64,000 nucleotides of DNA. Origin: an uncultured Acidobacteriota bacterium. Its GTDB lineage: Bacteria; Acidobacteriota; UBA6911. The notes below the pieces were generated by a model, which searched no databases, was not told the origin of the DNA, and saw only the letters and a list, made by a program, of their open reading frames with translations. The position numbers and the translations under genes were made by a program. Each line of letters begins with the position of its first letter. Position 1 is the first letter of the stretch. The stretch is from assembly GCA_963843575.1 (NCBI GenBank), contig CAWJKZ010000017.1, positions 128,001 to 192,000 on the forward strand, in the 5' to 3' direction. This document shows positions 37,095 to 48,600 of the stretch, in pieces.

Positions 37095-38941
37095 TGCGCG
37101 CCCTGACGACGTTCTCCAAAGCCGTGGCCGCCGGGGGGGGGCACCGGGCTCTGTATCTCCTGTGCGGCGCCTGGCTTGCCTGCGGGGCCGCGGCGGCTCA
37201 AGAACCCCGGACGACGCCGGATTATGGCGCAAACCCCGAGTGGTTCCCGCGGATTCACAAACCCTATGTGCAAAGGGAGGTCCCCGCGGTTGACTTGACG
37301 AATTCCGCCGACCTCCAGCGGGCGGTGGCTAACGGTACCCTCGCGCTGTCGCTCGAGCAGCTGAAAAAAGTGGTTCGGGAAAACAACCTCGACATCCAGA
37401 TTGCGCGCAACAACACGTTCTACTCCCAGACCGACTCGTTGCGTGCCAGGGGAGGCGGGGCGCCGCGGGGGGCGCCCGGCGTTTCGATCCCCAGCAGCCT
37501 TTTTGCCGGGGCCATCGGGGCGGGTGTAGGCGGCGCCGGAGGGCTGGGCGGATTCGGCTCCGCGGGAGGGATCACCGGCGGCGCGCGCCAGGTCAGCGCC
37601 AACCCGCGCGGGAGCTTCGACCCCAGCCTGCTCTTCGGTTTTTCGGTCGATCGGACGAAGAGCCCGCTGAACACCATCCGCGTCTCCGGGCTGCCGGAGA
37701 CCACCACCTCGAGCACCGCCCTGCAGGCGCGCTATTCCCAGGCGTTCACCACCGGCACCAGCGTCAGCGTCGCCTTCAACAACATGCGGCAGAGCTCCAC
37801 GCAAAGATTTCTGCTCTACAACCCGGATTTCGTCTCGACCCTCTCCTTCACGGTAACCCACCAGCTACTGAGCGGCGGTGGCGCGGTCAACCGCAGGTTC
37901 ATGGAGGTCACGAAGAAACAGTCCGAGATCGAGCAGCAGATCTTCCGCTCGCAGCTCAACACCACGCTCGCCCTCGCCCAGAACACCTATTGGGACGTCG
38001 TTTCGGCACGCGAGAACGTCCGGGTGGCGGAGGAGTCGCTCGACGTCGCGCGGCGGCTTCACGAGGACAACAAGATGCGGCAGGAATTCGGCAAGATTTC
38101 CTCGATGGAGGTCGTGACGGCCGCTTCCGAAGTGGCCGCCAGGCAGCGCGACCTGATCAACGCCCAGGCCACGCTGCAGATGAAGGAGGTGGACCTCAAA
38201 AACATCATCAGCAAGGAGATCGACATGGCACTCGGCGCGGCCCGGATCGAGACCTCCGACCCGCTGCCCGAACCCAAAGACAGCGATATCCCCCGAAGGG
38301 AAGACGCGCTGGCCCTGGCGCTGCGCAACCGGCCGGAGATCCGCCAGGCCGAGATGAACATGCAGGTCCAGGACATCGCGATCAGGTACGAAAAGAACCT
38401 CCTCAAGCCCAGTCTGGTCGTGTTTGCGATGTACAACACCTCGGGCCTGTATGGAAGCCGCACGATCGACAACGGCGACGGTACCGTCACCGTCCTGCCG
38501 GGCGGCATGTTTCAGACGTGGCGCCGGGTGTTCGGAGCCGACTATCCGGAATACGCGGTGGGCTTTTCCCTCTCGATAAACCTGCGCAACCGGAGCCCGC
38601 AGGCGGACAACTACCGCGCCAAGCTCGAGCAGCTGCAGACGGAAACGTCACTGCAGCGCACGCGCAACAGCATCTCGCTCGAGGTGCGGAAGTCGATCGT
38701 GGGGCTGATCCAGAACAAGGCGCAGGTCGAGGCGGCACGGAAGGCGGTCGCCCTTACCCGCGAACTCGCCGCGGCGGAGCAGACGAGGATGGTGGAAGGG
38801 GTCTCGACGCCCTACGAGGTGATCCGCCGGCAGCGGGACCTCAGGGCCGCCGAGTTCGCCGAAGTCCAGGCCAGATCCAATTACGCCAAGGCGCTCGTTG
38901 AGCTTGGCCGGTCCACGGGAAGCCTCGACGAAACGAGATGA
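37094..38941 (+). CDS. TolC-family outer-membrane efflux protein 2
   Basis: Collinear paralog (RENNLDIQ, QNTYWDV, GVSTPYEV); start overlaps the previous stop (TAATG). Confidence 0.9.
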   Translation: MRALTTFSKAVAAGGGHRALYLLCGAWLACGAAAAQEPRTTPDYGANPEWFPRIHKPYVQREVPAVDLTNSADLQRAVANGTLALSLEQLKKVVRENNLDIQIARNNTFYSQTDSLRARGGGAPRGAPGVSIPSSLFAGAIGAGVGGAGGLGGFGSAGGITGGARQVSANPRGSFDPSLLFGFSVDRTKSPLNTIRVSGLPETTTSSTALQARYSQAFTTGTSVSVAFNNMRQSSTQRFLLYNPDFVSTLSFTVTHQLLSGGGAVNRRFMEVTKKQSEIEQQIFRSQLNTTLALAQNTYWDVVSARENVRVAEESLDVARRLHEDNKMRQEFGKISSMEVVTAASEVAARQRDLINAQATLQMKEVDLKNIISKEIDMALGAARIETSDPLPEPKDSDIPRREDALALALRNRPEIRQAEMNMQVQDIAIRYEKNLLKPSLVVFAMYNTSGLYGSRTIDNGDGTVTVLPGGMFQTWRRVFGADYPEYAVGFSLSINLRNRSPQADNYRAKLEQLQTETSLQRTRNSISLEVRKSIVGLIQNKAQVEAARKAVALTRELAAAEQTRMVEGVSTPYEVIRRQRDLRAAEFAEVQARSNYAKALVELGRSTGSLDETR

Positions 38942-39055
38942 ACGCGGTCTGTCTCGGGATTCCGTCAGTGGTTCCCGAGGGCTCCCGGTGCTAGCGCGGG
39001 GTGGGCGGGGTCGAATCGCCTGCGCCCACCGGGTTGATGGAAAGCGGGGTTGAGA

Positions 39056-42000
39056 ATGAACATCACGGAAATTTTCATCCGGCGGCCGGTGATGACGACG
39101 CTGGTGATGCTGGCGATTCTCATCTTCGGGGTGGTCGGGTACCGCACCCTTCCCGTCAGCGATCTCCCCAATGTCGACTTCCCGACCGTCATGGTGAACG
39201 CCAGCCTCCCCGGCGCCAGCCCCGAGATGATGGCCGCCTCGGTCGCGAGCCCGCTGGAGCGGCAATTCTCGACCATCCCGGGGGTCGACTCCATGTCGTC
39301 GTCGAGCTCCCTCGGATCGACCAGCATCACGATCCAGTTCGCGCTGGACCGCGAGCTCGACGCCGCCTCACAGGACGTGCAGACCGCGATCGCCACCGCC
39401 CAGCGGATGCTGCCGCCCGGAATGCCGAGCCCGCCGACGTTCCGCAAGGTCAACCCGGCGGACATGCCCATCCTGATGATGTCGCTCAACTCGCCGACGC
39501 TCCCCTTTTCGGAGGTGGACAATTACGCCGAGAACATGATCGCGCAGCGCATCTCGATGGTCTCGGGCGTCGCGCAGGTGAACGTCTACGGCAGCATGAA
39601 GTACGCGGTGCGCGCGCAGCTGGACCCGACGATCCTGGCCAGCCGCGGCATCACCATCAGCGAAGTCGGCGCCGCCATCAGCCAGCACAACGTCAACATG
39701 CCGAGCGGCACCTTGTCGGGCTCCAGGCAGGCCTACACGGTGCAGGCGACCGGGCAGCTCACCAGTGCCGAGGCGTACCGGCCGCTCGTCGTCGCCTACC
39801 GCAACGGCGCGCCCGTCCGCCTGCAGGAACTCGGACGGGTGATCGACAGCGTGCAGAACGACAAGGCGGCGGCGTGGTTCAACGACGCGCGCTCCGTCAC
39901 CCTGGCCGTCCAGCGGCAGCCGGGAACCAACACGGTGGAGGTCGTCGACTCGGTCAAAAAGCTGCTCCCCACGTTCCGCTCCTTCCTCCCCCCTTCGGTG
40001 AACATGGACGTCCTGATCGACCGTTCGGAGGCGATCCGCGAGTCGGTCGACGACGTGAAGTTCACCCTTCTTCTGACCGTGATCCTGGTCGTTCTCGTCA
40101 TTTTCATATTCCTGCGCAACGTCACCGCGACCCTGATACCCAGCCTGGCGCTGCCCATGTCGATTATCGGCACCTTCGCCGCCATGGCGCTGCTGGGTTA
40201 CACGCTGGACAACCTGTCCCTGATGGCCCTCACACTCTCGGTGGCGTTCGTCGCCGACGACGCGATCGTCATGCTCGAGAACATCTTCCGGCACCTCGAG
40301 ATGGGAAAGCCGCGGCTGCAGGCGGCGCTCGACGGGGCCAAGGAGGTCGGCTTCACGATCCTGTCGATGACCCTCTCGCTGGCCGCCGTGTTCATCCCGG
40401 TCCTGTTCATGAGCGGGATCATGGGGAGGCTGTTCCACGAGTTCGCCGTCGTCATCAGCGTGGCCATCCTGATCTCGGGCGTCGTCGCCTTGAGCCTGAC
40501 CCCCATGCTGGCCAGCCGCATGATCAAATCGGAGCACGGCCGGCGACACAACTGGTTGTACCGCATGACAGAGCGCGGATTCGACGCGATCCGCGACGCC
40601 TATGGGTGGAGCTTGCGGGGTGTGTTGCGTCAGCGCTTTCTCACGCTGCTCGTGGCGCTGGGTACGCTCGTGGCCACGGTTTATCTCTACGGGTTCGTAC
40701 CGAAGGGGTTCATACCCAGCCAGGACACCGGCACGCTTTCCGGGACCACCGAGGCGCCGCAGGACATCTCGTTCGAGGGCATGACCAAGATGCAGCGTCA
40801 GGTCGCCGCCGTCATCGCCGCGGACCCCAACGTCGCCGCGTACTCCTCGAACATCGGATCGGGTTTCGGCGGGAGCGGTAACGCCGGCCGTTTCAACATC
40901 CGGTTGAAACCGCGCACCGAGCGCATCCTGACGCCCGAACAGGTCATCGAGGGGCTGCGGCCGAAACTGAGCGCGATCCCCGGAATCCGCACTTATCTGC
41001 AGAACCCGCCCCTGGTGCGCATCGGCGGGATGTCGAGCCGCAGCCTGTACCAGTTCACCCTTCAGGGCCCCGACATCGCCGAGCTTTACCAGGCCGGCGG
41101 AGATTTCGAAAAACGGATGCGCACGCTGCCGATGCTGGTGGACGTCACGAGCGACCTGCAGCTCAACAACCCGCAGGTCACGGTCAAAATCGACCGCGAC
41201 ATGGCGTCGCGGCTAAACGTCACCGCCGACGTGATCGAGACGGCGCTCTACAACGCCTACGGGTCGCGCCAGATCTCGACCATCTACACTGCGACCGATG
41301 CGTATTACGTCATTCTCGAACTCCTCCCCGAATACCAGAGGGACCCGAACGCGCTCGGCCTGCTCTACGTCAAGTCGTCCACCGGCAGTCTGGTGCCGCT
41401 GAACCAGGTCGCGAGCCTGGCCTCCGGGGTCGGCCCGCTCACCGTCGCGCACTACGGGCTGATGCCCGCCGTCACCCTGTCGTTCAACCTCCAGCCCGGC
41501 GTTTCGCTCGGCCAGGCGGTCGAAGCGATACAGCAGGCCGCGGTCGAGAGCCTGCCGGCCAACATCAACACCACCTTTCTCGGAACGGCCGCGGCGTTTC
41601 AGTCGTCGCTGCAGGGGATGGGCGTGCTGCTGATCCTGGCCATTTTCGTGATCTACATGGTGCTCGGGATCCTGTACGAAAGCTTCATCCACCCTGTGAC
41701 GATCCTTTCGGGGCTGCCATCGGCCGGCTTGGGCGCCCTGGCAACCCTGCTCGTGTTCAGGCAGGAGCTGAACATTTACTCGTTCGTGGGGATCATCATG
41801 CTGATCGGCATCGTCAAGAAGAACGCGATCATGATGATCGACTTCGCGCTCGAGGCGCAGCGGCAGCAGGGGAGCTCCCCGGTGGACGCCATCTACCAGG
41901 CCTGCCTCGTGCGGTTCCGCCCGATCATGATGACCACGATGGCCGCCCTGATGGGGACCTTGCCGATCGCCCTGGGGATGGGCGCCGGCTCGGAGGCGCG

Positions 42001-42166
42001 ACGTCCTCTCGGGCTCGCGGTCGTGGGAGGCCTGGTCGTCTCCCAGTTGCTGACGCTCTACATCACCCCGGTTGTCTACGTCTGGCTCGAGAAGGCGCGC
42101 GAAACGGCGCACAACCTGCGGACGGCGCGCGCGCCTGTCGCGCAGGAGGTGGGCGCCGGCAAATGA
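39056..42166 (+). CDS. RND efflux permease (MdtB/MdtC-like)
   Basis: FIRRPVMTTL, PNVDFPT, DDAIVMLENI, GIVKKNAIMMIDF and RFRPIMMTT. Confidence 0.95.
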   Translation: MNITEIFIRRPVMTTLVMLAILIFGVVGYRTLPVSDLPNVDFPTVMVNASLPGASPEMMAASVASPLERQFSTIPGVDSMSSSSSLGSTSITIQFALDRELDAASQDVQTAIATAQRMLPPGMPSPPTFRKVNPADMPILMMSLNSPTLPFSEVDNYAENMIAQRISMVSGVAQVNVYGSMKYAVRAQLDPTILASRGITISEVGAAISQHNVNMPSGTLSGSRQAYTVQATGQLTSAEAYRPLVVAYRNGAPVRLQELGRVIDSVQNDKAAAWFNDARSVTLAVQRQPGTNTVEVVDSVKKLLPTFRSFLPPSVNMDVLIDRSEAIRESVDDVKFTLLLTVILVVLVIFIFLRNVTATLIPSLALPMSIIGTFAAMALLGYTLDNLSLMALTLSVAFVADDAIVMLENIFRHLEMGKPRLQAALDGAKEVGFTILSMTLSLAAVFIPVLFMSGIMGRLFHEFAVVISVAILISGVVALSLTPMLASRMIKSEHGRRHNWLYRMTERGFDAIRDAYGWSLRGVLRQRFLTLLVALGTLVATVYLYGFVPKGFIPSQDTGTLSGTTEAPQDISFEGMTKMQRQVAAVIAADPNVAAYSSNIGSGFGGSGNAGRFNIRLKPRTERILTPEQVIEGLRPKLSAIPGIRTYLQNPPLVRIGGMSSRSLYQFTLQGPDIAELYQAGGDFEKRMRTLPMLVDVTSDLQLNNPQVTVKIDRDMASRLNVTADVIETALYNAYGSRQISTIYTATDAYYVILELLPEYQRDPNALGLLYVKSSTGSLVPLNQVASLASGVGPLTVAHYGLMPAVTLSFNLQPGVSLGQAVEAIQQAAVESLPANINTTFLGTAAAFQSSLQGMGVLLILAIFVIYMVLGILYESFIHPVTILSGLPSAGLGALATLLVFRQELNIYSFVGIIMLIGIVKKNAIMMIDFALEAQRQQGSSPVDAIYQACLVRFRPIMMTTMAALMGTLPIALGMGAGSEARRPLGLAVVGGLVVSQLLTLYITPVVYVWLEKARETAHNLRTARAPVAQEVGAGK

Positions 42167-42211
42167 GGACACCGTCGCCGGCGTCTCTGGTACAAGGAGG
42201 TTCATACCGGT

Positions 42212-43436
42212 ATGCACTCGATAATTCAGGGTAAACCCCGCGCCGCATTCGTCGTCGTGGGCGCATTGGTACTTCTGTCCTCCCTGTTCTTTTCGGGGTG
42301 TGCCGGGAAGGAAACCCCTGTGCGCGCGGCGAAAAAAGGGGCAAGCAGTTCCGGCGGCGGCCCCGCCGTTCCCGTCACCGTGGCGAAGGTCACCCGGAAG
42401 GAGGTGCCGGTAGACATCGAAGCCGTCGGGAACGTCGAGGCCTACCTGACGGTCGCAGTAAAGTCCCAGGTGAGCGGCGAGATCACCCGGGTGTTTTTCC
42501 ACGAGGGCGACTTCGTCAAGAAGGGCGACCAGCTTTTCACCATAGACTCGCGCACCTACGAAGGCCAGGTGAACCAGGTCCAGGCCAACCTGGTGCGCGA
42601 CCGCGCCGTGCTGGCCCAGATCGAGTCGAACCTGGCGCGCGACCAGGCCCAGGAAAAATACGCGCAAGCCACGGCCGCGCGTTACGCCAGCCTGTATGAG
42701 CGCAACCTCATCTCCAAAGAGATGATGGAGCAGGCCCGCTCCAACGCCGAGGCGATCTCGGCAGGGGTGCGCGCCAGCGCGTCGGCCATCCAGAGCGCCC
42801 GCGCTACCGTCGAGGCGACCACGGCGGCCCTGGAGAACGCGAAGGTGATGCTCGGGTACACCGTGATCCGCTCCCCGGTCAACGGCCGCACCGGCAGCCT
42901 GGACGCCGACCTGGGCAACGTGGTGAGCTCGTCCACCACCCTCATGACGATCAATCAGATCGAACCGATCTATGTGACCTTCTCGGTCCCCGAAGCCCGG
43001 CTGAAAGCGATACGCAAGTCCCAGACGGTGACGGCAGCGACACAGGACAACCCCGCCGCGCCCCAATCGGGGCACGTGATCGTTCATCGACAACGGGGTC
43101 GATCCCGCCACCGGAATGATCCGGGTCAAGGGCACCTTCCCGAACCCTGGCCACGCCCTGTGGCCAGGCCAGTTCGTGCGCGTGATCCTCAGGCTCGGGA
43201 CCCTGCCCAACGCTATGGTCGTGCCTAATCAGGTGGTTCAGACAGGGCAGGAGGGCCCCTACGTATTCGTGGTGAAGGCGGACCATACGGTCGAATCCCG
43301 TCCGGTAGTCGCCGGACAGCGGGTAGGAGACGAAGTGGTCATTCAGAGCGGGCTCAGCGACGGGGAGATCGTGGTCGCGGAGGGACAACTCCGGCTGGCG
43401 CCCGGCAGCCGCGTGCAGATCGCGGAAACCCCATAA
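42212..43436 (+). CDS. RND membrane-fusion protein, apparent 1-nt insertion near 43079
   Basis: Lipobox-like FSGC, VKSQVSG and IRSPVNGRTG. PQSGHV continues as SFIDNGVDPATGMIRVKGTF...LWPGQFV after removing one base. Span is 1225 nt (3n+1). Confidence 0.88.
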
Positions 43437-43622
43437 ACAGCCGCACTCCAGACAGGGGCGGGATAGCTCCGGCATTGGCCCATGATCGACGTCTTTGGAG
43501 TGCGGCGCCTCGGCGCCGCTTCACGCCCGTCCCAAGGCCGAAACGCCCGGCGCCTTGGCGCCGTCCCGAAGGGTGCGGCGCCCCCCGACGAAATGTGGCG
43601 GCGTCGAGCCGCCACACACCAG
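43437..43622. repeat. REP-like palindrome cluster between convergent genes
   Basis: GCCGCACTCCAGA, TTTGGAGTGCGGCGCCTCGGCGCCGCTT and GCGGCGTCGAGCCGCCACACACCA. Confidence 0.75.
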
Positions 43623-43633
43623 AACGGTGCGGA

Positions 43634-45691
43634 TTACTCGACCTTCCTGCGGACCAGCCGCACGATCAGCGCCAGAAGTGCCACCGCGGCGAGGATCAGG
43701 ACCAGCCAGAAGATCCTGCGGGGAACCGTTTCTCCTTCAGCCGCAGGAGCAGCCTCCGGGCCGGGCGTAATTTCCAGGGCGGCGGCTCCTACCAGACGCG
43801 GCGCCAGGAGGGCGAGATCGTAGCGTGGAGCCGCGAGATCGCGGTTCCCGTAAAGCAGGCTCAGGTTGCCTTCGTCTTCGCGGAAGAACCGCAAGCGGTA
43901 TCCGGGGAAAAGGAGTTTGAGGCCTTCGAGCGGCAACGCCGCGTTGTCGCCCTCCTCGACCAGAAGCAGGACCTCGGCACTCCTCAACGGTGGAAGTCCC
44001 AGGACCAGGGCCGGAGCTGCAGTCTCCGGGTCCCCGTGGCTCCAGGCAGAGTTCGCCACGTAAGTGGTCCACGCCTCGCGACGCGGGTCCCCGGGGTCTT
44101 TCTCGATCAGGATGCCGACCCGGCGCTGGAACACGCGTGCGACTGTCCGTAACACCAGGCGCGAGGCGGGAAGGCTGTCATAGGGCATGCGAAGGCGATA
44201 GAAGCTGCGGGCGCCGGCCCTGCCATCCCGGGGAGCGGCCAGCCGGCCGGGGGGGCTCACCGTCTCCGGGGCCGGCAGGTCAACCGTGAGTGGCTCCTCG
44301 AGCTTTTCCAGCAGATAGGGGACCTGGCGGTCGTCCGATCCTGCGATCCTGATGTCGGAGAGGTTGCTGTGCGCGATGGCGGCTGCGTCCAGCATCACGG
44401 CGGTGAGCCCCCTCCGGTCTCCGGGCAGGCGGCGTGAATAGCGGAATGCCCCAGCGTCGATGGCCGCACCGGTGACGGGCAGCGTCGGTCCAACCCCGGC
44501 CTCGGCTTCGGCGCGGGGTTTGCCGGCCTCGCCCCAACGTGCCTCGGCCGTGCGCAACTTCAGGACCGAATCGCGCCGAGCCTCCAGATCGTATCGCGGA
44601 GCGCGCAGGCCCGGGTGACCGAAACGCGCAGTCAGCGGCCCCATCCCCTGGCTCTCGAAGTAAACCCAGGGGAGCTGGGCGAACACAGCCGTGACGCCCC
44701 TCAAATCGAGCGGAGGATTGTTCTCGTCCGCCGCCACGAGTTCCAGCTCCGCCTCCGTCGGCGTGAGCACTGGAATCCTGAGTTCCGCGGCCGCGAGGTC
44801 GCCGTGAAGCGAGCGGCGCAGGATGCCGGATCCTAGCTGAACCGGAACGACCTCGGCCCCGGAGAGTTGGGCCTGCGTTATGTAGGCCCTGCGCAGTATG
44901 TCCCCGCCGCCGCAGCTCAGCTCGATCGCGGTGATGGGGAGCCTGGGGCCCGGTAGGCGAAGCCGGTAGCGGCTCACTCCGGGTTCGCTCCCGCGCCGCT
45001 CGAAAGGCACGTCTATCCTGAGAGGCGACGAGATTGGCTTGCTTTCGACGGACCGCGCGGCAGCCGAAACGGGCATCGGGACACGGCCGCTTGTTCGATC
45101 GTCCCAGGTGAGGCGCAGGTACCTGTACTCGCCGGGCTGAAACTCCAGCTCCAGGCGCCGGAGGGCTTCTTCCGGCAGATCGAAGAGCGTGCCCTCGGCC
45201 ACCAAGAGCGTCCAGCGGCTCCGCTCTCCGCTGCCCTCGAGTTGCACCCGCTTGAGAAACGGAGCCTGGAGGCCGGCGATCCGCAGTCGATCGACGCCGC
45301 CCAGCCGTCCGAGGTCGACCTCGAAGCCGCTCGCCTTCCTGGTCGCGGCGACAGGAATGATCCGGCCGTTCAGCCAGCGAGGTTCCCGCGAGGGTGGGCC
45401 GACCAGGAGGTACGGGACCTCACGGCCGGATGCGTCGTAAAGCCGCAAGTCCCCCAGGCCCCCCTCGGCGACGTACTCGGCCTGCGCCGCCACGCTTGAC
45501 ACGCGGAACGGGCTGCCACCGGCCAGGACCTCGGCGTCCAGGGCAAGACGATTGGAACCAGGGCTCCCCGGCAAAACATCTCTCTGGTAGCGGAAGGATT
45601 CCGGCCGAGGACCGGCCGGGCCACCCTGCGCTAGGACGAAAAGGCATGGGGCGGCTGCAAGGGCGAACGCGATCCTGACCGTGCGATTCAT
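43634..45691 (-). CDS. DUF3999-like exported protein with a C-terminal membrane anchor
   Basis: Internal duplication (DLRLYDASGREVPYLL / DIRIAGSDDRQVPYLL; DENNPPL / EGDNAAL; APRYDL twice); C-terminal TM; ATGA overlap with the upstream gene. Confidence 0.75.
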   Translation of the reverse strand: MNRTVRIAFALAAAPCLFVLAQGGPAGPRPESFRYQRDVLPGSPGSNRLALDAEVLAGGSPFRVSSVAAQAEYVAEGGLGDLRLYDASGREVPYLLVGPPSREPRWLNGRIIPVAATRKASGFEVDLGRLGGVDRLRIAGLQAPFLKRVQLEGSGERSRWTLLVAEGTLFDLPEEALRRLELEFQPGEYRYLRLTWDDRTSGRVPMPVSAAARSVESKPISSPLRIDVPFERRGSEPGVSRYRLRLPGPRLPITAIELSCGGGDILRRAYITQAQLSGAEVVPVQLGSGILRRSLHGDLAAAELRIPVLTPTEAELELVAADENNPPLDLRGVTAVFAQLPWVYFESQGMGPLTARFGHPGLRAPRYDLEARRDSVLKLRTAEARWGEAGKPRAEAEAGVGPTLPVTGAAIDAGAFRYSRRLPGDRRGLTAVMLDAAAIAHSNLSDIRIAGSDDRQVPYLLEKLEEPLTVDLPAPETVSPPGRLAAPRDGRAGARSFYRLRMPYDSLPASRLVLRTVARVFQRRVGILIEKDPGDPRREAWTTYVANSAWSHGDPETAAPALVLGLPPLRSAEVLLLVEEGDNAALPLEGLKLLFPGYRLRFFREDEGNLSLLYGNRDLAAPRYDLALLAPRLVGAAALEITPGPEAAPAAEGETVPRRIFWLVLILAAVALLALIVRLVRRKVE

Positions 45692-48600
45692 CTCTTCTCC
45701 CGGACACCCGACAGAACGAACTTCTGGAGCAGCAACGCGACGAGGGCCAGACAAAAGGCCAGGCCGACAAACGAACCCACCCGGTACAGCCCGCCGAGCC
45801 TTCCGAGGTCATGGAGAAAGCACTTCACGATCGTGGCGACCAGGAGCAAGAGAGAGGCGATCCGGCCGGGCCGGTTCCGGAGCACGAGTCCTGCGGCCAG
45901 CATAACCAGGGCGAACGACCGCCCAGCCCAGCGTGTAGGTCAGGTCCTGGGCAAGCGTCGCCGAAAATCTGAAGGTGATGCTCGAGCCCACCGAATAGAA
46001 ATCGGCAATCTCAATGTTGAGGAGCAGGAAAAGCAGGATCGTTCCGCCCGCCGCCAGCAGGCCCGGTGCGCGCCGCAGCCAGACCGGCGCCGCCTCGCGC
46101 GCCCTGGCCAGGAACCACGCCCCGGCAAACAGCGCAGCGGCGCAAACCACATAGGTATAAAGGTACCAATTCCAGATCCTGAGCCCGCGCGGCTGGTATT
46201 GAACAACCGACGGGTTGAGCGCCAGGCGCACGAAGACCGTGGTCAGAAGCCCGGTCGAAGCGTAGAAAAGTCCATGGTGCGGGATCCGGCCGCAAAGCCA
46301 GGCCAGCGCCGCCCCCTCCAGCGCCCAGCCGATGGTGATCCACTCCTTGTCGAGCTGCAACGGGATGGCCACGGTTACGAACGCGAGCGCCGCGCCGGCA
46401 ACCAGGGCAAGCCGTCCGAGCACCCGTTCTCCCTGCGGCTCCAGGCGCAACAGTTGAACCAGCAGGATGCAGGTCAGGAGGGCTTGTGCGACGGGCAGGA
46501 TCCCGACAACGGACCCCAGCCCGCCCTCGAGCATGCTCCGCCTCGCAAGAAAGAAGGTCACGGCGCCGGACAGGACGGGCGCCAGATAAGGCAGCAGCAA
46601 CCGCCCCGCCTTCCGCCCGAGCACGAGCGGATAAGCGAGAAACGCCGCATAGATTGCGGCGGCGAACAGCAACTCCTGCTCCCAGGACCACGGTGCCTGC
46701 GGCCTGGCCTGCAGCAGAAACCCTGCCAGGCCCGTTGTGGCGACCGCGAGCAGCGGCAGCGCGTGCCGGCGCATGTGCCAGGACAGCCACAGCAGGGCCG
46801 ACAGCAGCAAAAGATGACACGCCAGCAACAGCAGAATCGAAGGAGAACCAGGCTGGCTTGCCGCGACCATTGCGATGATCTGTGACAGGAATGCGGCTGC
46901 CACGCCGGCGGCGACGAAGCCGGTGTCACCCGTTATCCGGGCGCGCCGAGCCAGGTAGATCCAGATGAAGGACAACGCGACGAGGAGCAGGGCCGAAATC
47001 ACGGCTACACGCGGCCAGGGCGCTTCCGATGCCATCGCAGCCCAGGCGCAGACCACACAGGCGGAGGCCGACATGGCGCCAAGCTGCAGGTTCCCGGAAC
47101 GAAGCCACAGCGCCGCGGCGCCTATTGCCAGGTCCAGGACCAGCATCAGGCCGAAGATGGGCCAGGGCGGAACGGCCAGCGGACGTTGTGCGGCCGCGAC
47201 AAGAAGGAAGAGGTGGCCCGTGAGAGCCAGGTAGGGGCCGACAGCGGCCGTTTCGACCTGCCCGGCCCTGCGCACCAGCCAGGCGGACCCGCCCAGGGTC
47301 AGCAGGGAGAACCCTCCGATCACAAAGAGCACGGGGAGGAGGACGGAAGCGACGGTGGCGGCGGACCACCACACGCCCAGGATCATCCACGAGAGGACAA
47401 TCCCCCCAATCGAAATCAGGGGGAAGCCGGCGTACCGTCCAATCCACATGAGCCCGAGGCTGAACACGGAGAGCAACAGCGCGAGACCCCAAAGGGCTTC
47501 CTGCGCGACCGGCTGGATCGTGAGGAAGAACAGCAGCAGGATGCTCCCGAGCAGCACCAGCCCGTTCCCCCCGTCCGGCTTCAGCGGCCGGTTCCGAAGC
47601 CCCGCCAACACCGGGACCGCGAGGAAAAAGAGTCCGAAAACACCGTAGATCGTGAGGGCCGGCAACAGTCTCGCGGGCTCGAGATGCCTGGCGGACCAGG
47701 CGGCCTCCGTCACAAGGGCGAACACCGCCGCGACGAAATAGACCGCGCTCCTCCCCGTGGCAATCGACTGCGTCGCTATGGCCGCAACGAGGAGGAACAG
47801 AACCGTAAAGAGCAACCAGGGGGAGGCGCATCCCCGCTCGACGAGGGCCAGGGCTGGGAACACGAACAGGAGCAGCGGGGCCGCAAAGACTGCGTGCGCG
47901 CCCTGGCTTTTAAAGCCTCGCGAGAGACGGCGCGCGGCCAACGGCGCCAAAAGGTACAGCAGCACGAAGGCCGCAACGAAGGCGAGAATGACAGGCCAGG
48001 CGTCGCTGCTGTAGGACTGACGCAACCAGACCGCGAACACGAGCACCGTCGTCAGCGCTCCGACACCGTGGAGGATCTCGGGTCCGCGCGTCACCGCGAC
48101 CGCAAACAGGCCGACGTCCAGGCAGAGAAGAAAGCCGAACAGAATGCCGAACCTTTCGCCGTATCCGGGCACGACTGCCATGTAGAGCGCAAACAGCAGA
48201 GGGAGTACGGCGCTCGCGGCGGCAGCCTGACCCGAGAGTGCGGCCCATCCCGTCCCTCTGGCGTCCGCACCCCGTGCAAGCGCCAGCACCGCGAAACCGA
48301 GGATTGGGAAGGCCAGGAAGATCCCGGCCGCAAGCGGGAGCCTGTCGGGTCCGAGGAACCGTGCGACCCAAAACCACTGGTACAGCGTCGTGAACGCCAG
48401 GCACAACGCAATCAAAGCGTGCCACCGCTTCCTGTAAGCTACCCAGGCAAGGCCGGCGTTGAGCAGGAGGAGGTAGCCGAAGAGCGCTACCGGGCGATCC
48501 TCGCCGGTCGAGAGAAGCGCAGGCGTCGCGAACCCGCCGAGCAGGCCGAGCAACGCGATGAACAACGAGTCGTGGCGAATGGAGAGGAGAACCGCGACGG

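Noticed and set aside
43065-43090. TGA readthrough, selenocysteine or programmed frameshift in the MFP gene and the other split genes
   Set aside because: The seven sites share no slippery motif, there is no Cys-equivalent position, and deleting one base restores each gene.
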